From NCBI GenBank assembly GCA_051294375.1, contig CM119267.1, forward strand, positions 10,379,364-10,443,363: a DNA stretch of 64,000 nucleotides, read 5' to 3'. The notes under the pieces are model-generated. The model saw only the letters and a program-made list of their open reading frames with translations, did no database searches and was not told the DNA's origin. Positions 53,455-64,000 of the stretch are shown here, piece after piece. Position 1 is the stretch's first letter, and each line of letters starts with the position of its first letter. A program made the position numbers and the translations under genes. The stretch is from Paraspadella gotoi (taxonomy: Eukaryota; Animalia; Chaetognatha).

Positions 53455-53808
53455 ATTACTGTTGTGCCGTTTGTCGAAATGACAACCTCAATGGCTGAGA
53501 TGACACTTGATGCCCTGACGTTCCAAATGACGCAATGTCGTTCACGACCTCGACAATTCCAACGACGAAGACGTCGTCGTCATCGACGTCGTCAGCGACG
53601 TCGTCAACGACGACGAAGAAGACGAAGGAAAAATAAAAAGATGACGTCAATGAAGACGACGACCATCACCATCACCATCACCATCACCATCACCATCATC
53701 ACCATCACCATCCCTTCAACGATATCGTCGACCCCCGCGTCTCCTCGCCTTCCCTCGCTCCGTCGACGCGGAAAATTTCCTCTCGTCAATATTTCGGTCA
53801 ATTTAATG

Positions 53809-53810
<2 letters not shown>
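53455..53810 (+). CDS. Possible exon with acidic tract and 16-residue poly-His
   Basis: Acceptor-like tgaaatAG at 53454. The frame DDVNEDDD-H16-PFNDIVDPRVSSPSLAPSTRKISSRQYF comes from (CATCAC)n at 53664-53711. A donor GTAAGT lies near 54194. Confidence 0.3.
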
Positions 53811-53839
<29 letters not shown>

Positions 53840-54001
53840 CACTTCTTCTCTCTCTCTATCTCTCCTCTCTCTCTCTCTCTCTCTGAGTACACAAGCCCGG
53901 CGTCGAAAAGGCGGCCAAAAATCATGGGCGTCGCACGAGCGTTTCTCGTAAACGGGCGGCGACGTGACGCAAAGACGACGCACGAACGGCGCATAAATGT
54001 G

Positions 54002-54033
<32 letters not shown>

Positions 54034-54589
54034 TCTCTTCTTCTTTATTTTCTGAATTAGTATTATTAATAATCATACAAAAAAATAGGCGGAGAAAAAT
54101 ATCGAAGCCGGCTATTGGGAGGCCCATGCGTGGCAGCCGCTTTCGCCGCCGCCGTCGCCGCCGCAGCCGCCTTTGGAGGGACTGAAGTCGCGCGTAAGTG
54201 CTATATTAAGAAGTGGAAAGGGAAAGGAGGTGGAGAGGACCGTATGAGGAATGGCTTTGTGCGATATGGCGGGTACTTGCGGTGAAGGCGGTTTAGGGAT
54301 GGCTAGGAATCCGGGTAGATGGAAAACGTACATATGTGAAAAGCGTAAAGTTGAATTACGTATAACTTATAATGGCTCGTCAATAGTTAAAATGTTGGGC
54401 GACAAACGTTTTCAAACGAAGAAGCCACACAGAAAAACGGACATTTTGCGCGGAAAGCGACGAACCACCTCATGAATGAACAACGGGCCGGTGATGTACA
54501 TGTAATATTCAGACGATTCCGAGCAGAATAAACGAGACTTCCCGGATGTAATATTCAAACGTTCTTTGCCTGTAGTTTTTACTAAATAA

Positions 54590-55170
54590 TTTTGTCGCCT
54601 TCGTCGACTTCATTTTCCGTTTATTTGTAATTTTAAAATCGCCGCGTTTCGAATCTATAATTTATTGAATAACGATCCTGCAAGACGGAAACCTGGCTCG
54701 ACAAGCTTTTACGAGGTTTTACGTCATATCTGTTTTAGCTCGTGTTTCCGTCGGACCTCAGCGACCTTCTTTTTAGTGCTTAAAAGTCAAATACTGGTTG
54801 GAAACGAATAAGTACCGGCAAAAATGAGTGCCATTGACTGAGTGCCTACTGAATAAAATTTAAACTTATTAAACATAATGTAAGGAAAACTGTCGGAACG
54901 TTGTCTTGCAGTAAAATCTCTCCGATAAAATTTACCTGTCCTTCGTCATGAATTTTTCAATCTTCATTGTTATCTCTTCAGGCGTAGAGAAATAAAATCT
55001 TCCCCCACAAAAAAACAAACTTTTTCCTTCTTCCCTAGAAATGAAAACCACAAGTTTTTTTTTTTTTGGTTTGGAAGAGAAAACTGAAGAAATAAAACGT
55101 GGAGATTCTGGAATCTGGAGCCGACGAAAATTTTATTGGCAGTAAAAATCGTGAGCGAGAGAGAGGAAGA

Positions 55171-55255
<85 letters not shown>

Positions 55256-55363
55256 TCGTGTGAGAGGAAATAGAATGAGATGGACCGAGGGAAAACAGAA
55301 GGAACGTCGATTCTATTTATCATAAGGTGATGACAGCGACTAATGTTCGGTTGTTATTTCCGC

Positions 55364-55404
<41 letters not shown>

Positions 55405-57007
55405 TATATACTGGACCGTGAGAGAGAGAGGGAAAGCCCAGCCAACCTAGAGCCGACGACAGAAAAGAGACAGAAAAAATAAAAGAAAGTTGCAAAGAAA
55501 TACAAACGTCAATTTCGTTGTAAATTGTTCGCCCCTTCGCCCAAAGGGAAAAAAACAAAAGGCAAATCCAAAAGATTTAATTCTTTCTTTCTTTCTTTCA
55601 TTCTTTGCCGCGTGAAGTCGGGTCGGCTTTCTTTACTAGATTGCTTCTATGAATTAAACGTTAAATGTACAACTTAAAATACAAAGTGAAAACAGAAAAA
55701 AGGAAAAAATTATCCGTTTAAAAACAGACGAAAAAGGCATTATATTATCATTTCAAATTACATTCATATTAGAGGGAACTAAACTTAATGGTGACAGGAC
55801 GTATCAGAATTCACAAATTCATTTGTTTTTTTGTTGTTTTTTTTTCTCGTAGAAAACTCACGAGAAAGANNNNNNNNNNNNNNNNNNNNNNNNNGTTACG
55901 ATTTTCTTCCCTTTGAAGCTAAGAAACTCAATAACCGAGACTGGCCACCGAGGAAATGTAAATAACTGTCATTAGCCATTTTTTTTTTTTTTACGTTCTG
56001 TCTGCCTGTTAGTTTTTTACCTAAATAATTTATTCGTTCGCCTTTCGGTCGACCGTTCTCATTTCCCGTTATTTGGTTAAATTTTAACAATCGCCGCGTT
56101 TTCGGTAAATCCTAATATATTTATTGTGATATAAAATTCCTATTGCAAAGACGGAAGACCTGGTTTCGTCTTAGCTTTAACGAGGTTTTTTACTTTTCAT
56201 ATCTGTTCTAATGTCTGTTGTTTGTTCTTTGTTCCGTTTAAAGCTTTCATACGATGTACACTTTTTTTCTAGTGCTTTAAATATATCGTTCTAAATTTTT
56301 ACCTAGGTTTTGGAAAAATCGTTTTGACTTTATTCCTAAAGTTTTCAAAAAGACTCGGAATATATGTACCTTTTTACAGAGAAAAAGGGCTCAGAATCAA
56401 TTCGTAGGTGCCCGTGATCTTGAGTCTTTTATAGCAGTGGTCTTTTTATTATGTGAGAGCAAGGTGAGTAGAAAGCTCCATAAAATATAATATAAAAAAG
56501 AAGAGAAGAAGGAAGGAGTATCATAAAAAATAAAAGAAGGAAAAATTTTTTGTTTTTGATAAAAAGATATTTAAAAACTGGTCCTCTACCTAACACATTT
56601 TTAAACAACCTCTCTGTATGATATTGTAAATTACATAAATGCGATAAGAAGATATTGGAAACCTGGGTCCGGAACGTTGGTTCGTGGTCAGTTATAATAT
56701 TTCTCCGTACTATATTATATTTTACCTCTTGTCTTGTATAAGATCCATGATTTTTTTCAATTCTTAATTGATTAATCTTCTTGCTAGGCGTTAGAGAAAT
56801 AATCTTCCCCCACAAAAAAACAAACTTTTCTCCTTCTTCCCTAAAATGAAAACCTTCTCTCACAGTTTTTTTTTTTTTGGTTTGGAAGAGAAAACTAAGA
56901 AATAAAACGTGGAGATTCTGGAATCTGGAGCCGACGAAAATTTTATTGGCCAGTAAAAAATCGTGAGCGAGAGAGAGAGAGAGAGAGGAAGAGAGAAAGA
57001 GAGAGTA

Positions 57008-57038
<31 letters not shown>

Positions 57039-58190
57039 AGAGGAGAGGAGAGAGAGAGAGAGAGAGAGAGAGAAGAAAGAGGACAGAGTAAGAGAGAAAT
57101 TTTTTCATTATATCCTTTTTTAACAATTTGGGAAAAAAGCGTTTTTTCCTTCTTTTTCTCTTTTCTTTTCTCTTTCCTTTCCTTCTCTTTTGGTTTAAAA
57201 AGTGTGATCGCTGCTCTTTGGAAATATCGTCCTGCCGCTGTATTTAACGTTTTGATCACTGCTTTTACTATAGGAGGAAAGGTCGTTTATCGGTGTTTTT
57301 CTATATTTTATTTTTACATTGGAGAGAGAGAAACGAGACGATGAGGTAATTCTCCGCTAGGTTGAGAGGAAATAGATATGTTTAGATTGTGATATGGGTA
57401 TAACATATATATAGAAAGGTTGGGTTATTTCTAATTTTTATCATTAAGGTGATGAACAGCGGACTATGTTTCGTGGTTTTCCCTCGGTGACAGAACAGAA
57501 GAGATAGATTTTAGAGAGTGAGAAGAGAAGAGAGAAGTAAAAAAGTAAATAAAATTATCTTGGACGTAGAGAGAGATGAGGGGAAGGTCCGCAGCTCATA
57601 CAGCCTGATGGCAGTTCTCGGGTTCATGAGCTATATTAGGGAAAAAAGATGATCAGATTGAAATAAAAAAAGTGAAAAAGTGTCACATATAGTGTCAAAT
57701 ACAAACGTACAATTCGTTTGTAAAATTTGTCTTGTGTCTAACGACGAACCTACGACACCGAAATAGTGGTAATTCACAATACCAAACAAGGCACTGGTAT
57801 AGTTATCAAATAGATATTATTAAATTCTTTCATTTACTTCTCTTTGCATTTTTCTTTGTCGCTGATGTAATGATCAGGATGTCCGGCTTTTATTTTTACG
57901 AGTAGAGAGTGGAGTTAGTCATGCATTAACGATTAGAAACTATATGTACACCAACTTAAAATAGACAAAGGTATGAAAACAAAAATAATGGAAAAAAATA
58001 TGCCGTATGTAAAAAACAGAACGTAAAAAGGCATTATATATATCACTTTCAAAGTTACATTCACTATTAGAGGGAACTATACATTAATGGTGACGAGGAC
58101 GTATCAGAATATCAACAAAATTCATAATATTGTTATCGAGTATGATTGATATTTTTTCTTCAGTGAGAAACGACTCACAGGAAACGCAAA
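54590..58190 (+). repeat. Direct duplication (54590-55869 vs ~56045-58190); second copy insertion-rich
   Basis: Shared strings aatcgccgcgttt, ggagattctggaatctggagccgacgaaaattttattggc and ggacgtatcagaat. The copies are separated by the 25-N gap at 55870-55894. Confidence 0.9.
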
Positions 58191-59189
58191 AGATTAATTA
58201 AGGAAAGTGAAGAATAAAAGAAAAAGGAGGGGTCGGTAGAGATATCATGTAATCTATGAACACTTAGTATGTTTTGTTTGATTGGGAAAAGAAGTGTGAA
58301 GGAGTGGAAGAAATAAGTTGAAATTTAATTTTATGTTGCAACTCTCGAGTGCGCTACGAGACGTAAGTAACAGGGCAAAAGTTGGGCTAGTTTGAAGGAG
58401 GGGATAAGGTGAGGCCACAAAATCCCTGTCTCCGTTGGAAGGATTGAAGGCCCTAAATTTAAATTACACGATCTTCTTGGTGCCGGGGGGTCATTAAATC
58501 GGAGCAGAAGCTGTTTATTGATTTGAGGGGTAGAGAGGGTGCCTTGGCAGGAACGTATTCTAAGAGAGGAGGAAGGGGCCGGGGTGTTTTTCTTTTCTTT
58601 TTTCTTTTGAAAATATGTTTTCCGGGTGGTTGTTAGAAAATTTTTTATCTCTTTTTTACATTTGGAAAAAGCGTTTTTTTTTTCTCCTGGTCGGGGGCGG
58701 GTGTTCTGGGTCGACGTGGCCTTAATGTCGATGGAAATATCAAGAAAGTAGTCAAGGGACAATGAATGAAGTTCCTTGTACACAAAAAATTATCTACTTC
58801 ACAGCAGATATCGGTTTTCCTAGGAAATTCATACGAACTTTGAACCTAATAAATTATTTTATTTTAGTCATTTGCCAAAATATGTAACAGGTTTCGGATG
58901 TCTTTTTCTAAGTAAAGAAAAATGGGTACGATGTAACCATCGCTGAAGAAAGGACCTTGTAGAGATGGAACATTCGGTCTGAATTGAAATGGGTTTTGTC
59001 TCATCGTTTTTTAAAATTTTCTTATTTGATATTCTATGATATACGTAAGTTGTATTCTAATCGACAAATTTTTAGTAATCAATATATTTTTGTTATCTGA
59101 GTGTCTAACAGTAATCTCGATTTAACTTAATAACAATTTTTAATTGACCTAAATTTTGTGATAATGGTCAAAATTGATCATCCTGATCT

Positions 59190-59429
59190 CAGGTCCTTGA
59201 CCGGGGTCATCAAACCCCGTCCACTTGACTGACACCCTTCACGATCGAAGCCATCTCGCTGGAGATAATCAAAACTGGCACCTTCTCTTCTGACATCATC
59301 AATACTGGCACCGAGTGGCACCCTTTTCACTGGCACGCCCTATCTCCATTCCACGTGGCGCTTGTCGGGCGCCGTCCTTATCTCGACTCACCACCTGCCA
59401 ACGTTGAAACCGGTTCTGGAAAGAAATAA

Positions 59430-59470
<41 letters not shown>

Positions 59471-59974
59471 CTTAGTGCAGTTCCAGATGGTTATAGGTAA
59501 TAAAAGTAGAAGCTCAAAGTTGGGGGACAAAAAAAAAAATTCAACTCATTTCATCCAAATCATTTACATAATGCTGGAAGTATAAAACCACGATGTGAGA
59601 GATTAAAAGTTCACTTTTTAAATCAAATTTTAGAAGAAAAAAAGTCAAAAAATCAGTTGAAGGAATTTTTAAGGGTAGAAATAATTCCATGCTGCTCGTT
59701 GCCTTGTTGCTTCGTGACTCGACGACCATGGGCGTTGCGACACACGTTTCCAACCCCAACCTCGGCCTCGCCGTTACCACTTCGGTACCGTCTCTACCGC
59801 CGCGCCCCCTTATCCAATTTCCTTCGCCACCATCCACGGCCGAAACGAGACGAGGGAGAAGATCGGCGCTGCGGAACAATAAAATGGCGGGAAAGGAGAA
59901 ATGGGAGAGAGAGATGAGAACTGATAACCGGGTGAGGAATGGAATTGGCGTCGTACTTTTTGAAGAGAGGGAGG

Positions 59975-60038
<64 letters not shown>

Positions 60039-62294
60039 CAAAGACGGTCTGTTCAAACTTGAGATAAAATTCAAGTTTGTCGATTGATATAAAAGGAACA
60101 GTAAAAAGATGCAATTTATGTTAAATTGTGAAATGCATATTTTGACAACACAACACGTTGACAACATTGTATTTTTTGGGGCACAATCTCTTTTTCTATA
60201 TACGAGCGACGTCGAAGACGCCGCTTCGCCGAAATAGACGCCGCGTCTATTATTACCTTTTGTGCGCGAGATTGAGAACGACGAACGAATGTCACCCAAG
60301 GGACAATCACAAACGTCAGAGTTTGCGATCTGCTATTTTTCGAAATGCACCTGAAAAGAATGAGTGACATTGTACATAAAGGGATGTTGTACAAGCTCGA
60401 ATTGAAGAATTGAAAAAAGGAGACTGATTTTTAGAAAATAAATTCGTTGGCTGAAAAAGAAAAAAGAAAAAAGTTCTGATCAGATAACTAGAACGCTCTC
60501 TAATTTGCTATCTAACTAATACACTTGAGTCTATAGTCTATAGTTGTTAAAGAGTTTATAATGATTTTTATCTGAATTGAGCCCTGACCTTTTATTTTTT
60601 AATGGCTCAAATATCTGAATTTAAAGTTTAATTGAATGACTCCAATAGTTCTGTTTAAAGCCTCTAATTGGTTGAATTTTATACATTGAATTTGAATATC
60701 TGGTCTCTCATTGGTTATTAATAACTAGTAGATGTTTTGATTTGTATTCTTAAAATGTGAACTCTCCTCTCATTGGTTGTTATAATGTTGTCTTCGTATA
60801 TAAAAGGAGAATAAATTCTTAAATTTTGGGAGATTCCTCTGAGACCATCAGGTATTAAATGATATATGTGAAATTACTTGAATATGTTAATTAATTTTAA
60901 GCTTTTATGTAGCTTTGAGCTGTTGCTGCGTCTCGGCCCTGCTCCTACTGTTGCTGCATTTTGGCTATTGCTTATCTCTGTCATGCTGATGAGTGATGAA
61001 CGTCCTTCAATGATTATTGGATATTGAATACTTAATAAAGTCATTATTCTATTTTATCTTTTGATATATGGATTGAGTTGATATTAAGTCGAGATTAAGC
61101 GCTGCTCAAACAATGTTCTCATCTGAAACTGAGAAACCCCCCCAAGGAATCTTCTACAATAGTGAAAATGAGTTTTAAAGAGATGTAAATTTGTGCCATT
61201 TTTCCTAGTTCTGTCAGTACTACTAATGCAGTTGCAGTCACTTCCACTCCAGTTTAATTACATGACAACCTCCCTCCATCCGTTTGCAATTAATACGAAT
61301 GGAGGCTGAGAGAGAGAGACGGTCTTAATTAACACAACGTTGGTGAAATGAAACCCACGTAAACGAGGTAATCGAAACGACTAAGGAAAAAAGGAGAATA
61401 AAAATGGAAAAAAGGAAATAAATAAATTGAATGGCGGAGATATATTTCGCGTCTTTTGTCTTCGAATTACGACGAATTCGAATTCTTGGCGCCAAAATTT
61501 ATTTTTAAAAATTTATTACAAAGAGCGTTGGAAGGAAAATGTGGCGCCGCTATTAAGAAATTTACGGCGACGCTAACGAAAACTGTCTTCGCTGGGCATG
61601 ACGCCTAATGAGAAAGAGAAAAAGAAAAAAGATTCGCGCGACAGAAGAAAAAATGTTCGTCGTAAAACGTCATTTCACATAGACATCTAGAGCATTGATG
61701 AGTTAGAAAAAGAAAAGAAATGAGATATTCTTAACTATAGACTCGGTTGCATGAAAAATAACCTTTTTAAAAAAATGTGCATAAAATTTATTACAATCGG
61801 TCATGTGGTTTAAGAGATATAATTTTTGACATTGAGTGTTCCAAAATATGAAGGGAAAATGGAATTTAATTTAAAAGCTTCAGAATCATTAGTCATCGTA
61901 TCTTTCAATAATTTTGAAATTATTATTTAGGGATCTGGGTTAATCTACTACAGGAAATACAAAATATTAGAAAGAAGTTTAGTCTAAAATTAATCAGATT
62001 TCTCTACGTTCAGCTTTGCTGTGGAGTGCTTCGTTTTTTAAAAATCACCGCTCCTGAACGGATTGCCCGATTTTTATAAATTTGATTAAAGTCTGATATG
62101 TGGCACGATTTTTTTGCACATTACTGTATTTTTACGTTTTGTTTTTATGGATTATAGCAGAGTGAGAGAGAGCAGTGACTAAGAAAAAAAAAATCTTGGT
62201 CATCTTCGGTAATGGACGCTCCTGTTTCTTATGTACGTCGAGGATTTTATGGTGTTCGCAGGCGAGGACCATTGCTGTAATCGACGTGGACATT
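59190..62294 (-). CDS. Probable multi-exon gene of unknown product, divergent from the ODC-like gene
   Basis: Four minus-strand pyrimidine-tract-CAG acceptors open GC-richer blocks at 62294, 60350, 59868 and 59415. Exon 60257-60350 ends AAAG|GTAATA. Frames are broken by indels. Confidence 0.35.
60545..61158 (+). mobile_element. Solo LTR of an LTR retrotransposon (614 bp)
   Basis: TGT...ACA termini with imperfect inverted ends (TGTTAAAGA / TCTTCTACA). Flanking direct repeat ATAGT at 60540-60544 and 61159-61163. CCAAT/ATTGG boxes, TATATAAAAG at 60797 and AATAAA at 61034 occur in U3-R-U5 order. Confidence 0.78.
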
Positions 62295-62569
62295 CTGAAG
62301 TGGATATAGAGAAAGACAGAGAGAGAGAGAATAGCGCCGAAAGGAAAGCGGTTTAGTACAAAAATAACCGTCTTTGACAACGTTAGTTGACTTTATCGTG
62401 AAAAATTTCCTCCGCACCCCCCCCAAAAATAATAAACTAATAAACAATGACTACATTTAAACTCTACATTTAAACTTGGAAATTCATGATTACTTCAAGT
62501 TCAATTTATCGGAGAAAAACAAGGCAAAAACCAGTTTATTTGAAATCGTTCAAAATCAAAGGGCCATAT

Positions 62570-62620
62570 TTAAGCCAATGAGGACACGAGGACATGAGAG
62601 GGCACGAGGACACGTCGCCC
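62570..62620 (+). promoter_or_regulatory. Candidate promoter elements upstream of the ODC-like exon
   Basis: GCCAAT at ~62573 followed by repeated GAGGACAC/CACGAG motifs (atgaggacacgaggacatgagagggcacgaggacacgtc). Confidence 0.25.
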
Positions 62621-62730
62621 AGTATTAAATGTCAATTATATTTTGCCGGTGTTTTTCAACAATTATTTTTGGGCTTGATCTGGTCAATTAATTTTTTTTA
62701 AGTCAACATTAGAATTGGTTTAAAATTCAG

Positions 62731-62941
62731 CTCCTTGCACTATGGCCACACTCGAAATGCTCGTTTGAAAAAAACCGACCCATAACGCAAAGAAAGTTAA
62801 ACGCGGTGAAAAAGTTTTTGACGTCTGAGAAAGATCCACACGATGGCGCCATTCTCGTGGTGGAACCGGAAGTAGCGTCGAAGCGGATTCACAAGTGGCG
62901 CCACTTGATGCCGCGCGTTCGACCTTTTATATGCCGTAAAG
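62731..62941 (+). CDS. ODC1: Ornithine decarboxylase-family gene, first coding exon (rest outside the window or not recognised); two +1 indels as assembled
   Basis: DGAILVV...KRIHKWRHLMPRVRPF(+1)YAVK matches the eukaryotic ODC motif DAFYV...KKHLRWLKALPRVTPFYAVK, which contains the PLP-binding Lys. Acceptor aattcAG(62730), Kozak-like actATGG(62742), donor AAG|GTGAG(62942). ODC vs antizyme inhibitor cannot be resolved from this exon. Confidence 0.82.
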
Positions 62942-64000
62942 GTGAGCAACTTAGCATTTGTTATTTAATATCTTTTCCCTTGTCACACGCATTACAGGAT
63001 TATGAAGCGTTATTATTTGAAACATTTCTCATATCTCAAATTCTTCTCTTTTTAGTTTTTCCCTAATAGTTTTACACTTTGTCTAAGGTGTGTTTAACTT
63101 GTAAGCCTCAATATGTAGGTTTAAAGAATGCACATTTCGTTTTATTTATTTGCTTATTTTTTAACTTTTTTTAAAACTTTTTTTACTTTTTTAAACTTTT
63201 TTAAACTTTTTAACTTTTTTATCCTTCAAAATATGTAATATATATAAGAATATAAGAATAAGTATTCCCCGATCTAATACTTAAGGGAGTGGTTTTTCTT
63301 ACAATTGAAACATTCTTTGAAATATTTTCCACTTCATTGATAGGGAGAGCCAGGTACTGCTGGGAGTAAATAAACGGGACTGGAGAGTGTCTTGATTGAA
63401 AGCTTACAGGGACCTGCTATGTCATTATCTTGTAAGAGTGATGGAGGCCTTAAACCACCAAAGCCTGTCCAATAGGGCGTTGAAAAATAACGAAATATAA
63501 CAAATCAAGTGAGGTACATAGCTATTTTGGTGTAATAAAGTATGTAGAATTCGATGATGATAACTATTTTTTTGTATAGTCTCATCTTCTTTGTCGGAAA
63601 TGGCGGATTTTTGCAGCATATAAGGTGCTATTAAAATGGAGCAAACATTGTAGAGTATAGGAAACTCAAATTATTAAGATTTTTATAAAAGCCATATTTA
63701 ACTTACATAATTAGAAAATAAGACCCATATAAATATTTTGTTAAGTTTATTTACAAATTTTATATTTTAATAATAGTTTCTTAGCTATATTTATTAATAA
63801 TAAAAATAAAAAATAAGCTAAAATAAAAAAATAAAAATTTTAAAACCGGATTTGAATTCCTTACAAAAAGGTTGATATAAGAAAGTATAATCCATTTTTA
63901 AAATTTTTCATTAAGTAGGTTAAAAATATTAAAAACTTATTTTTGTTTATTTTAAATTTTTGGCTTAAAATTATAGTTTTTCTGAATTTTGACTAACTTA

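Noticed and set aside
4332-60299. Numerous ORFs rich in LSLSLS, RERERE, SSSS, DDDD or X
   Set aside because: They are translations of (CT/AG)n and (GAC)n microsatellites or N gaps, which lack stop codons.
63340-63620. Next ODC exon or LINE fragment (SCKSDGGLK)
   Set aside because: No CN..GFDCAS motif or convincing acceptor. The GGL similarity is too short to support a call.

Overview
Eukaryotic (animal-like) genomic DNA from an error-rich, gap-filled draft scaffold. It is CpG-rich, packed with (AG)n, (GAC)n and other microsatellites, and shows GT-AG spliceosomal introns. Roughly half of the window is redundant. There is a fold-back inverted duplication at 1-6450 and several tandem 1.3-6.7 kb near-identical blocks that differ mostly by small indels, several of them next to exactly 25-N gaps. 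This points to assembly artefact rather than biology. The best-supported real features are an ornithine decarboxylase-like exon (62731-62941, PRVRPF-YAVK, two +1 indels) and a 614-bp solo LTR with a 5-bp ATAGT target-site duplication (60545-61158). Weaker candidates are a multi-exon plus-strand gene with faint zinc-deaminase-fold motifs (14266-15300), an overlapping tRNA-like fold followed by a T-run (15277-15396), a Helentron/DINE-1-like hairpin start (47089), and several unidentified low-complexity exons. No prokaryotic operon, CRISPR array or rRNA was seen. Most ORF-track entries are translations of microsatellites. Duplication and exon coordinates were read by eye and are approximate.
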